Positions 44,873-53,999 are shown, numbered from the stretch's first letter. The stretch is DNA of 64,000 nt from Pseudomonadota bacterium (GCA_043718025.1 JAYSWN010000172.1:29630-93629), one strand, 5' to 3'. Translations and numbers: made by a program. The notes: generated by a model from the sequence alone, not told the origin.

Positions 44873-45465
44873 AAGCATTATTTGGCGGCTCGTTCGATCC
44901 CATTCATTTGGGCCACCTCAACATTGCGCGCCAGTTACTCATCCAATTTTCTTTTTCTGAACTCTACTTCGTTCCCGCCTTTCAAAATCCCTTGAAGGGC
45001 GCCACGAACGCCAATGCCGATCAGCGACGTCAGATGGTCGAGTTGGCAATTGCAGAGGCCAACGAGCCACGATTTCATGTTCTGGATTGGGAATTGAAAC
45101 GAGAGTTTCGCAGCTACACCGTAGACACCTTAGACCTGTTTGTGAAAATGAATGGCGATACGGCGCTACTGATCGGCGATGAAGTGTTTCGCGAATTTTT
45201 AAGCTGGAAAGAGCCCCAAAAAATTTTGCAACTGGCGCACGTCATTGTGTTTTCTCGACTGAACCAAACCGACCCGCGCGGCGAAGTCTTAAGCGCTCTG
45301 GGCGCGCCCTCGCCGCTGCAAAAGCCGGTGGCTTGGGTACCCCTCGAGGTGCTGCCGGTCTCTTCGACCGAAATCCGTCGGCAACTATTCGAAAAGACTG
45401 AACCCCAGGGGCTGTCCCCCTTGGTACGCCGCTTCATCAAGGACCACGCCCTTTACACCGAATAG
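44869..45465 (+). CDS. nadD: Nicotinate-nucleotide adenylyltransferase
   Basis: MKALFGGSFDPIHLGH. TTG start in a TTGA overlap with the obg stop. Confidence 0.85.
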   Translation: MKALFGGSFDPIHLGHLNIARQLLIQFSFSELYFVPAFQNPLKGATNANADQRRQMVELAIAEANEPRFHVLDWELKREFRSYTVDTLDLFVKMNGDTALLIGDEVFREFLSWKEPQKILQLAHVIVFSRLNQTDPRGEVLSALGAPSPLQKPVAWVPLEVLPVSSTEIRRQLFEKTEPQGLSPLVRRFIKDHALYTE

Positions 45466-45485
45466 GTAAGGGCGAGGGAATCTTA

Positions 45486-45680
45486 ATGTGCGCTGAGAAT
45501 GCAAAGTCAAAACTGAACAAGACTCTGGACAGCTTCGTGGACTTTGGCCCCGACGCCTCACTTTACGACATCGGCATGGCCGCCCCCTCCGAGCAAGAAG
45601 CCCAACGCCGAATCCGCAATATCGTCAAACAGATGGAAGAATTGAACCGCCGCATCGATAACCTGCTTAACTCCCGCTAA
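45486..45680 (+). CDS. Hypothetical small protein (64 aa) with a coiled-coil-like C-terminus
   Basis: ATG with GAGGGA RBS at 7 nt. Sits between nadD and queC. Confidence 0.4.
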   Translation: MCAENAKSKLNKTLDSFVDFGPDASLYDIGMAAPSEQEAQRRIRNIVKQMEELNRRIDNLLNSR

Positions 45681-45737
45681 GATTTGTCAAGAAACAATGG
45701 CTATCGTTTCTACCGGGCCTGTGCCATATCAGGGCCA

Positions 45738-46451
45738 ATGGCTTTGGGACATCCACGACAAGCAATTGCCTGCCTCTCTGGCGGCTTAGACTCCTCCGTA
45801 GCGATGGCGATGGCCATCTCCACCGGCTGGTCGGTGCTGCGCGCGGTAACGTTTAACTACGGGCAGCGGGCGCACGATCGCGAAAAAACCGCCGCCCAGA
45901 AAATTTCGGCCCATTACGGCGTTCCCCATCAGGTGATCCCCCTCCCCTGGTTTACCGAAATGAACAAGGGCGGAGGGCTTTTAAACCCTCATAAAGAGCT
46001 GCCCCACCCGAAGAGCTCAGATCTTTCGGAAGCCAAGTTTTCGCAAAATAGCGCCAAGGCCGTTTGGGTACCCAATCGCAATGGCGTGATGATTGAAATC
46101 ACGGCCGGCATTGCCGAAGATCTTGGAGCCGAGGTGGTTTTAATGGGGTTTAACCGCGAAGAAGCGGCGACCTTTCCGGATAACTCGAAGGCTTACCTTG
46201 AAGCGGTAAACCGGGCCCTCTCTTTTTCAACCGCTAACGGCGTTACGGTTCTTTCTCCCACCGTGCCATTAGACAAAATAGAAATCGTAAGCGAGGCCAA
46301 GCGTCTTGGCCTGCCTCTAAATTTGCTTTGGAGCTGCTACGAAGGCGAACGGCAAATGTGCGGCGTATGCGAATCGTGCATGCGCTTAAAACGCGCGCTG
46401 CACGCGCATGGAGCTCTCTCCGATGCCCCCTTTTCAAACTCTCGTTTTTGA
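45738..46451 (+). CDS. queC: 7-cyano-7-deazaguanine synthase
   Basis: PP-loop CLSGGLDSS and C-terminal CGVCESC Zn-binding motif. Start chosen at ATG 45738. The ORF track extends to 45684. Confidence 0.85.
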   Translation: MALGHPRQAIACLSGGLDSSVAMAMAISTGWSVLRAVTFNYGQRAHDREKTAAQKISAHYGVPHQVIPLPWFTEMNKGGGLLNPHKELPHPKSSDLSEAKFSQNSAKAVWVPNRNGVMIEITAGIAEDLGAEVVLMGFNREEAATFPDNSKAYLEAVNRALSFSTANGVTVLSPTVPLDKIEIVSEAKRLGLPLNLLWSCYEGERQMCGVCESCMRLKRALHAHGALSDAPFSNSRF

Positions 46452-46989
46452 TCAATCCGAAATCACTTACGACGGCACCCAGTTGGCCCCGCATTGGATT
46501 TATCGGAAATTCGACTTACTGGGTAACGCCGTGGTGGCCTTTGTCGGCCCGGCGACGGTAACGCTTGAACACATGGTAGATCTCGCCGACGTAAAAAAGC
46601 AGGCGCCAATCTACAGCCCAAAAATGCTACATTTTCTGGCCGAGTTTTTTATCGATTCGTTCGATCAAGGAATTTTGCTGCAGCATCTTTTTGTCGCCAA
46701 CGTCTACGAATGGCTTTGGGAAAAATCCATCAAGGGCTTATCCCGTAAAGGAAATGACATCTACGTTGATGGCAAAAAACTGAGCGTCAGCGTTTGCACC
46801 AAGTCTACGGTTTCGATCTTGATTCATTACGCGGCCAACATTGAAACCGAAGGCACGCCGGTACCCACTAAAGGATTGCGCGAACTCGATATCGATCCCC
46901 TAATCATGGCCCACGCGGTGATTCGGCGGTTTAGGGATGAACTGCTCGTCGTGCAAGCGGCCCGCGCCAAAGCGCTTCCGCGTCTGTAA
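46423..46989 (+). CDS. Conserved-looking hypothetical protein overlapping the queC 3' end
   Basis: About 188 aa ORF in a different frame, overlapping queC by about 29 nt. GGAG upstream of ATG 46423. No radical-SAM or QueD motifs. Confidence 0.5.
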   Translation: MPPFQTLVFDQSEITYDGTQLAPHWIYRKFDLLGNAVVAFVGPATVTLEHMVDLADVKKQAPIYSPKMLHFLAEFFIDSFDQGILLQHLFVANVYEWLWEKSIKGLSRKGNDIYVDGKKLSVSVCTKSTVSILIHYAANIETEGTPVPTKGLRELDIDPLIMAHAVIRRFRDELLVVQAARAKALPRL

Positions 46990-48046
46990 AATAGCCTTCG
47001 CCCCGCTCCCACACTCTTTTTGAAAACAGATTGGTTAGTGGGTAGCCGAAAGCGCCGATCAATTCGCTTGTGGTTTGCAGCGCCCCTTCCACCAGTTTAG
47101 GGTAGGCGCGACCCGTGGCCGCGTACGCCCGCGAGTAGTGTAGCGCCTTGCCGGTTTTAAAAAAACTGACGTAACGAATCCACAGGGTATCCACTACGGT
47201 CTGCCGTAGCGAAAACTCTCCCGCTCGCCATTGATCAAAAAGCGACGCCCCTAAACTAATGGCGGTCATGGCGTTGCGGCCGGCATTTTTATCGCCCATA
47301 CAAGAGAGGGCGCCGAGACTGGTCATGAGAATCGAATTCCACGTCATTAGGTGAGTGAACTCCGGATCGGCCCAGGCTTTTTTCCACACCGCTTTGGTGA
47401 AGAGATCTTTCTTGAGAAAGGTCCAAAAGCTCTTGTTTCCAACCGGTGAAAATTTTTCCCAGTTTACCACTACGGCGCCGAGTGCCGAGACGAGAGAGCT
47501 AATTCCCAAGAGCAATGCGGTTTCGCCAGCGCAAGTTTGAAAGGAGGGGCGTTCGAAGTAGGCATCAATCTCGGCGATGATCCGCGGGTCGGGCTTTGGC
47601 AGTTCGTCAGAAAAAGAATTGAGGGGTGGCTCCTCGCCACCGCCGCCACCCTGCCCACCACCATGGCCAAAGTTTGCAACATCCGGCACGTCGCCTTGAA
47701 AGGCCCTTATGGCCTGATCGAGACTCTCGAGCAGCTCGCTTTTTTTGTCCGCCGAAAGAAATTTTGCGGCTTCCACTCTTTCGCCAAGCACTTTTCGCAG
47801 CACTCGCCCCAACCCATGGCGAAGCCCACTGCCCGGAATTCCGATTTGGCCGGGAAATTTTTTCTCGAGCGTTTCGATAAGCAGCAGAGGATCGCGTGGC
47901 GCTACCGCACTTTTGTTCCACAGCTCTGAGAGTGCGCCCATGGCCTCTAGTTTGTAATCACAAGCCGGCGGCTCTGCCGCCACGGAGGCGCTAGCCATCA
48001 TAAAAAATATGCCAAAGCAGAATAATTGAAACAAGCACCCCCCCAT
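46931..48046 (-). CDS. Hypothetical secreted protein
   Basis: Signal peptide MGGCLFQLFCFGIFFMMASASVAA. Gly-rich linker. No domain recognised. Confidence 0.45.
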   Translation of the reverse strand: MGGCLFQLFCFGIFFMMASASVAAEPPACDYKLEAMGALSELWNKSAVAPRDPLLLIETLEKKFPGQIGIPGSGLRHGLGRVLRKVLGERVEAAKFLSADKKSELLESLDQAIRAFQGDVPDVANFGHGGGQGGGGGEEPPLNSFSDELPKPDPRIIAEIDAYFERPSFQTCAGETALLLGISSLVSALGAVVVNWEKFSPVGNKSFWTFLKKDLFTKAVWKKAWADPEFTHLMTWNSILMTSLGALSCMGDKNAGRNAMTAISLGASLFDQWRAGEFSLRQTVVDTLWIRYVSFFKTGKALHYSRAYAATGRAYPKLVEGALQTTSELIGAFGYPLTNLFSKRVWERGEGYFTDAEALWRGPLARRAVHP

Positions 48047-48312
48047 TCCCCACTGTTCGCTGTTTCGTTTTAGTGTTTTGAGTTAACGAGGATGGCGCGA
48101 TTTCGGCAAAACTTTTTTGGCTAACACCAGCGGATAAATCTCTTGCCATTTCAGGGGCTTGCGGCGGTTTTGCTAACGCGGTTTGTCAAACTGATTTTGT
48201 AGTTTCGCCGCTTAAAAACTTTTGTGGAGTCAGCGCAACACTACGGAATTGAAGTATAAAACTGTTGCCAAGTTATTGCTTCACAACCATAACTGACCGT
48301 TCCAATCACTTG

Positions 48313-48388
48313 GTCCCCATCGTCTAGAGGCCTAGGACGACGCCCTTTCACGGCGTAGACACGAGTTCGAATCTCGTTGGGGACGCCA
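48313..48388 (+). tRNA. tRNA-Glu (anticodon UUC)
   Basis: 76 nt cloverleaf. Acceptor GTCCCCA/TGGGGAC. Anticodon loop CTTTCAC. T-loop GTTCGAATC. CCA end encoded. Near-identical in form to canonical bacterial tRNA-Glu. Confidence 0.9.
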
Positions 48389-48619
48389 ATTCATTCCGCG
48401 AGTTTTAACCCGTTAAACTTCAATAGTTTGAAAAAATTAAACGACACGAGTTCGAGTCCTGCTTCGGGACTTTAAGTCGTGTCGTAAGGACCGCGCTACC
48501 TAGACTCAGTAGCTCCACGGGAGTTCAATAAAGTTTGGCCCTGGCCTCAGGCTAGCTATCGAAATAGCTCACGACAAAGGCTTGTTCCCGATCGCAACCC
48601 TTTTGGGGGAAGGGAGCAA

Positions 48620-49792
48620 CTACTTGCGCGGAAAGTACAGCACGGCGTCGAAGTCGTTCCAATGCGACGCCCGATTTTGTTTGGCGGCCCGCTCGGGAAG
48701 ACCTCGCAAATCCCACGATGAGGGGGGATAGGAGACCAAAAACTTGCTATCCGCCCCGGGCAAAAAGCCGAAGGCCGCCATCTCGGGCTTGTAGATGGCC
48801 CAGGTGCAATCGGGAGGAGTCAATTCGTTCAGGACATGCTCGACCGGCGGCCGGAGGATCTGCACGGTCTTCGTTTTGATTTTCTTCTCCGCGACCAGCA
48901 CCTGGACGGGAACGGGCATTCGGGTACCCGGAATTCTCGACGGCGCCACGTGGTTCTGCCCGACAATGAAGAGGCCCTTCGCCTTCGGATCCTTTTCCAG
49001 CACCCCTACCATATTGTCGGCCATGGTTTCGTTTCGGTGCGCCATCCCGGTAAATTCGTTGCCCTCGTTGCGCCAGTCCCCCACCTCCCGGTCTACACAC
49101 ACGATCTTAAGCCCCAGCTCCTTGGCCGCCCGGTACATCGGCTCCGACGCTTTTCCTGCGGAAGAGAACTGGCTCTTGGCTAACTCGTCGAAGGTCATTT
49201 TGCCGACGAGATAATTATCAATCGCCGCCTGCATCCCCTTTCCGGCCGACATTTCAAGAAAGAGGTACTTCAACCCTCCCTTGGTTTTCTCCTTCAAGGT
49301 CTTCATGATGTCGCCGTAGAGGTCCTTGCCGTTCATATCCGGATGCTTTTCTCCGAGAACAAAGAGCTGGGTCTCGTCGTTGGACAGCTTATCCAATACC
49401 GCGTCTGGCGTCATTCCCGCTTCAATCTGTTTACGCAGATAGCGCTCGCGAATCTTGCAATAGGAGGCGACGAACCCCGGCTTGGCGTAGTTCTTTTGCA
49501 GGAAGGTGTTCCAAAACACGTCCTTCAGCTCGAACTCTTCCATCGTGGAGCGAATCTCCTTGCGCCAATCGCTCTCCGGGAGGTCCGCCCGAAGCTTGGC
49601 CATCCATTTGTCGGTCTCACAAATCTTCTGAAAAAACTGCGGCATTTTCTCTTCGGGGATTACCGGAAAGAACCGGGGCGTTTGGCCGTGGTCCTCGGCA
49701 CTGGCCAGAGGACCGAATGCAAAGCCAATCAACAAGAGAAGTGACGAAAAATGTCCGATTGCTAGTCTGGTAAACAGTCGCGAATTCCACAT
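48620..49792 (-). CDS. ChaN/Tiki/GumN superfamily-like secreted protein (possible haem-binding or protease-like)
   Basis: Signal peptide. LFVLGEKHPD (GxxH-like) near the N-terminus and FIVGQNHV near the C-terminus resemble Tiki/ChaN motifs. Weak assignment. Confidence 0.45.
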   Translation of the reverse strand: MWNSRLFTRLAIGHFSSLLLLIGFAFGPLASAEDHGQTPRFFPVIPEEKMPQFFQKICETDKWMAKLRADLPESDWRKEIRSTMEEFELKDVFWNTFLQKNYAKPGFVASYCKIRERYLRKQIEAGMTPDAVLDKLSNDETQLFVLGEKHPDMNGKDLYGDIMKTLKEKTKGGLKYLFLEMSAGKGMQAAIDNYLVGKMTFDELAKSQFSSAGKASEPMYRAAKELGLKIVCVDREVGDWRNEGNEFTGMAHRNETMADNMVGVLEKDPKAKGLFIVGQNHVAPSRIPGTRMPVPVQVLVAEKKIKTKTVQILRPPVEHVLNELTPPDCTWAIYKPEMAAFGFLPGADSKFLVSYPPSSWDLRGLPERAAKQNRASHWNDFDAVLYFPRK

Positions 49793-49860
49793 TGGTTAGT
49801 TACCTACTTCAACTAAAGAGCTGCATAAAATCCGAAGATGGATAATGCAAAGGGACGGCC

Positions 49861-50028
49861 ATGTCCGAGCTGTGGATATTGAAGAAACATTCGGTAACCA
49901 AAAAAATCACCAGGCGAGAAGTCTTTAGGGCAAACGCCTTGAGCTATGCGTTACTCTTTCTCATTCTTGCCGTGACCTTACTCAGAGAGTTGCGTCACTG
50001 ACGGGGATGCCTATTTCCAGTCCTGGAT
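49861..50028 (+). CDS. Candidate small membrane protein (55 aa), not in the ORF track
   Basis: ATG with AAGGGA upstream. C-terminal hydrophobic helix ALSYALLFLILAVTLL. Opposite strand to the flanking genes. Confidence 0.2.
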
Positions 50029-50036
50029 GAGCTTCA

Positions 50037-50579
50037 TTAGCGAGACACTAACCCTTTTACAACGGCTCGCTCGACCGCTTCCGTCTCAGTGCAGCCGAGC
50101 CTCTTTGCGAACTCCTTAAGTTTTCGGGCCACCTCCGGTTTCAAACGGAAAGTCTTCGTGATCTTTTTCTTTCCGAATTCCTTTACCCGTCCGTCAGGTA
50201 GGGGCAGTTTTACCCACACTTTGATTTTCTCGTAGGGCACACCCCATAGGGGTTCCCCCTTCTCCTCCGCATTTTTGAGTCTTTCGACAGTTGCATAAAG
50301 CTCTTCGTGTCTAGTTGCATCGAGATCGAAGTGCCTTGGCAAACGCAAGACAGCAGCAGGAAGAACTTCCAGTATGCGCGGTTCGACATTCATTCCGGCC
50401 CAAATGGCATCCAGAATCGTTAATCGCTTATTTGGCAAAAGAAGTAGGTCCTGATTCGACCGGAGAAATCCCTTAGCCACGAGAAACCCCATCGTCTCAA
50501 GATATCGGCGATCGTGCCGACGCTTTCGGTCTCTCTTAGCCGCTTGAGTGATTCTTCTAACTAAATTTTTGTTATTCAT
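50037..50579 (-). CDS. Hypothetical protein with C-terminal ribbon-helix-helix (CopG/Arc-like) module
   Basis: C-terminal KTFRLKPEVARKLKEFAKRLGCTETEAVERAV fits the RHH beta-alpha-alpha pattern. N-terminal 140 aa is basic and unrecognised. Confidence 0.5.
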   Translation of the reverse strand: MNNKNLVRRITQAAKRDRKRRHDRRYLETMGFLVAKGFLRSNQDLLLLPNKRLTILDAIWAGMNVEPRILEVLPAAVLRLPRHFDLDATRHEELYATVERLKNAEEKGEPLWGVPYEKIKVWVKLPLPDGRVKEFGKKKITKTFRLKPEVARKLKEFAKRLGCTETEAVERAVVKGLVSR

Positions 50580-50940
50580 AAATGATTTTCTGTTTAAAAA
50601 AAGAAAAACTGCTTATAGCACTCGCGTTGCTAATGCTCTCTCAACCTGTCGTTGCGGTGGGTTGGGGGGATTGTGTAAATTGGCTTCGTAGGGTGAGGGC
50701 AGACCGGGGAATACACAGATTATGATACCAATGAACGGCGATGTCGTTATCGAGGAGCCGATGGGACTATAAGCGACGCTCCAAAGTATTATAGACCCGA
50801 GGGCGGATACATTCTCGATCGTGATGCTGATGGAGCCGACTGCTATCTCCCTCTCCCCGTCGCTCCCGATGAGAAGTGAGTTTCTCTTAACGCTGCTTTT
50901 CCTTAGTTTGTAACGGATACCTTTTTCCTCTTTTTCCGTT

Positions 50941-52428
50941 TTAGAAAGACGCAAAGGCTTCTAGCAGCTTGGCACACGTAACAATTACCCCTGCGCGAAC
51001 AGCACCGCTCGTAGCCCCTTCTCGGAGTGGCCGTAAAACCGGGGGGTTTTTCTCACTTTTAACGCTAAAAAGTGCAACTGCCGTGTTTAACCCCCAAAAA
51101 AAAGGTGATGGGCTCTCCAAAATACCCACGCCGGGAATCAACCGATCAACGGCGCCCGCGGCCCCCATAAGAGCGCATTGAGTGGCAAACCGTGTGGTCA
51201 GCCGACCCAGTCTTCTCAGACCCCGCTCTCCAAGCTCCCGCTGATGGCGTGATTCCATGACGAACTCTTGCCTCTGCCTTTCTAGCTCTTCTTGATAGCG
51301 TCGGTGCTGGTACTTATCGGGGTTTAGGAGATCGTCTTTTGCCTGGACCAATTGTTTAAATTCTTTTGGTCGTGCGGAGGGGCCATCCGCTGGAAACTGG
51401 CTAACCCAATGGTGAAAGGCGGTTTTGATCTCTTTCTCCGTCAATTCGCCAGGGCCCGCGATGCCCAGGATCTTACGCGGTTCTTTAGATGAAAAAATGG
51501 GCGGTAACAAAAAGATCTCTCTTTGGTTGAGCTCACTCACCTTTTTGAACCACGGATTTACTTCGTAAAACTCAGCCAATCGTTTAGCCGCTCTTTTCTT
51601 TTCGGTGGCATAGGCCTCAGCAAAAAGTGCACCTATCTGAGGAGCCTCTAATCTTTCGTAGGTGGCTTTTAAACCTTGAGCTGGTTCATCAAGGTAGTGT
51701 TCGGGATCAGCGCTCATCCGGTGCAAAAACCCCTGAACTTCGATAATGGAAAGGGCAAAGTCCCTGCGGTTAGCCAATAGGTACGTGTTAATTAGCATCT
51801 CTTCGGCAAGGGCATTGGACTCTAAGGCTACCACGGCTTCGACTCTCTCCTTTAACTCGCTGGTGGTAAGGGGTCGATCCAAATGGAGATCCGTCTGGAG
51901 GAAATTCAATGGGGACACTTTTCTCTCCGCGCTGGCTCTGGCGGAGTCGCCTGACACCTCTCGTCTTCTCTTCTCAATGAGATAGTGAGCAAACTCATGA
52001 AGTAGCACGCCACGGGTCGAATCTTCCCTGAAAACAATCAAATCTTTATCAGCCATAGGTCGCTGGGTTTGACCCCATCGACCCTGATCGTCCAACGTTA
52101 CGGCAAAACTCTGAGCCGCCACATACATCCCTTCGGCCCCTCCGGTATCAAGAATATTTCCAAAATACAGTGCATCAGCTGAATCCTTTTGTGTGTTTTT
52201 TTTCGAGGTGCCCGGACGGCGCGTGGCCAAGGTCGCCACTCCGTATTCTTCTTGAATTATCCTGCGCATTTCGTCTGTGCTCTTGGCTTGCGCCACTCTC
52301 ACCATTGCCTGGCCATCGAACGATGGGGAGTCGGTTTTGACAGTGGGGGGCGCTGCGTGAGCCTTGAGGGTTAGGCTAAGACCCAGATAAACAGAGAGAA
52401 AACAAATTGTCCAACTGGCTCTGTGCAT
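50941..52428 (-). CDS. Secreted HExxH-motif protein (putative zinc metallopeptidase-like)
   Basis: Signal peptide. LLHEFAHYLI motif. Otherwise unrecognised. C-terminal hydrophobic segment. Confidence 0.5.
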   Translation of the reverse strand: MHRASWTICFLSVYLGLSLTLKAHAAPPTVKTDSPSFDGQAMVRVAQAKSTDEMRRIIQEEYGVATLATRRPGTSKKNTQKDSADALYFGNILDTGGAEGMYVAAQSFAVTLDDQGRWGQTQRPMADKDLIVFREDSTRGVLLHEFAHYLIEKRRREVSGDSARASAERKVSPLNFLQTDLHLDRPLTTSELKERVEAVVALESNALAEEMLINTYLLANRRDFALSIIEVQGFLHRMSADPEHYLDEPAQGLKATYERLEAPQIGALFAEAYATEKKRAAKRLAEFYEVNPWFKKVSELNQREIFLLPPIFSSKEPRKILGIAGPGELTEKEIKTAFHHWVSQFPADGPSARPKEFKQLVQAKDDLLNPDKYQHRRYQEELERQRQEFVMESRHQRELGERGLRRLGRLTTRFATQCALMGAAGAVDRLIPGVGILESPSPFFWGLNTAVALFSVKSEKNPPVLRPLREGATSGAVRAGVIVTCAKLLEAFASF

Positions 52429-52435
52429 GACCTAG

Positions 52436-52947
52436 CTACTGCCTGCAAGACAAAGGCCGGAAAGACCCAAAGTGTTGCTGCAGAAACCGTAGTTTTTTTT
52501 CGGCCTTTGGGGTCACATTCGGTAAGCTGTTTTCGCTGTCCTGTTTTCCCAAAGCGAGACGAAGAAGCAGCGAAGTATCCAAGGGGGGAAAGCCAATTTC
52601 TGCGACAACAATTTTCCCTTTCCAATCGGCGCGGCCAAAGAGGCAATCGGGCGCCGCGTATACCAACGGGGCTGCGACCCCTCCGTCCGGAGAAAAGGCG
52701 GTGTAGGGAATGCCGAACACCGAAAAAGAGTTTGCCCCTAAGTGAAGGGCAGCCTCTTCCGCTTGCCAGTGGGTAACCGGTACCGATTCACGCCGTACGT
52801 TGGATAAACCAAAGTCCTCAAGCTGGGAAAAGATAAAATCTTCATTGGCTTTGCCCGCCGGACTGCCCGGACGGCGCGAGCCAAGTTTCGCTTGAAACTC
52901 AATCCAACGAAATAACTCCTCATTACAAAATGGATCGGTGTTGGACA
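52436..52947 (-). CDS. Hypothetical protein with PA-domain-like segment, possibly a truncated peptidase N-terminus
   Basis: WKGKIVVAEIGFPP resembles a PA-domain core. No catalytic domain or signal peptide. ATG 52947, or GTG 52984. Confidence 0.35.
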
Positions 52948-53039
52948 TAGCCCTGCCTAATACGATTAACGGGTCGGTAAGCACAGAAAAAGGCCTCTCC
53001 TCGATAGACGCATCGGCACAGTTGGTCTACTTATGAAAA

Positions 53040-53999
53040 ATGAGCACATTAAAGGTGGCCAGTTTAGTTCTGTTCGTCTGTTTTACTCTTCGCGGGGAAG
53101 ATGAGGCTCCGTTTTGTTATCGGCTGCTCGGTGAAAAGGGGGAGGCTTTGGACTATTCCACGGTTGTCTCCCGCTTGTCGCCGGACTGGCTTGACCATCA
53201 CCTTGTGGGCAGCAAGGAAAAGGCGTTGGCGGTTTACCCCGCGGCGGCCTACCTCGACGGAATTTTGGCGGCTATGATGAACCAGCCCGAGCGCGCCCGG
53301 CATGACACTATCGTATTGGAAAATGTGGAGATCCCCTCGGCGCTTCCCTTGCTTCCCGCGCGCAAGGAAAAACCACCGGCCGAGGCCACGATCAAAACCA
53401 CCCTTGTCGCCGATGCCACGGGCTACCGCTTTTCCATCGCGAGCCGCGGCGAGCATATGAAGGGGCAAGCCTCCTTTTCCGGCGCCTTCGCTGCGTTTCC
53501 TGCGCTTCACTTAAAGGACGGGGTCTGGACGGAACTTCCCCCGGGTGTTTTGTACGCTGATCTAGAAAAACGAGGCCTACCGTACGGAGAAACGTTTCGT
53601 CTGGTTGGCAAGGTGGTGGTGACCGGAGTGACTTCGGCAGGACAAATCGAGCCGCACCAATCGCTCAATTTTTCTCAGCACTTTATTCACCCGACAATTA
53701 CCGACAGCGCTCTGCACACGGTGGCCGCCATTCTCGTGGCCAACCCGCGGGAGTGGGAAATTCCGGAACAGTTTCGAAACTCCATTGCCTTGCCGGTGGG
53801 CTTCGATCGCGTTCAGGCCCCAACCAAAAAAGCGCACCAGCTTCGGGGCGTGTTTACCACCGAGGCTAAAATCACCGAGGTAAAAACCCATACTGAGGGG
53901 GACATGAGGGTGACCGTAAAATACGATCTGCTTTTGCGCGATGCCGATGGCACGGTGGTACTTCAAATCACCGGGGGCCGGCTCCTGTTTCGGGGATAG
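53040..53999 (+). CDS. Standalone polyketide-synthase-type dehydratase (PS-DH, hot-dog fold)-like protein with signal peptide
   Basis: HHLVGSKEKALAVYPAAAYLD (HxxxGxxxxP motif), GLPYGETF (YGP-like motif) and HPTITDSALH (DxxxH/Q-like). N-terminal hydrophobic signal. Confidence 0.5.
   Translation: MSTLKVASLVLFVCFTLRGEDEAPFCYRLLGEKGEALDYSTVVSRLSPDWLDHHLVGSKEKALAVYPAAAYLDGILAAMMNQPERARHDTIVLENVEIPSALPLLPARKEKPPAEATIKTTLVADATGYRFSIASRGEHMKGQASFSGAFAAFPALHLKDGVWTELPPGVLYADLEKRGLPYGETFRLVGKVVVTGVTSAGQIEPHQSLNFSQHFIHPTITDSALHTVAAILVANPREWEIPEQFRNSIALPVGFDRVQAPTKKAHQLRGVFTTEAKITEVKTHTEGDMRVTVKYDLLLRDADGTVVLQITGGRLLFRG

Noticed and set aside
48443-48455. tRNA-Glu T-arm 13-mer repeat as an attR site of an integrated element
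   Set aside because: The second copy lies only 55 nt past the tRNA end and does not bracket an element. It may just be part of a terminator-like hairpin. Kept only as a weak flag.
50613-50954. 113 aa ORF on the minus strand
   Set aside because: TTG start inside the upstream gene, no internal Met, rare codons (AGG/AGA/ATA), low-complexity C-terminus. Treated as non-coding.
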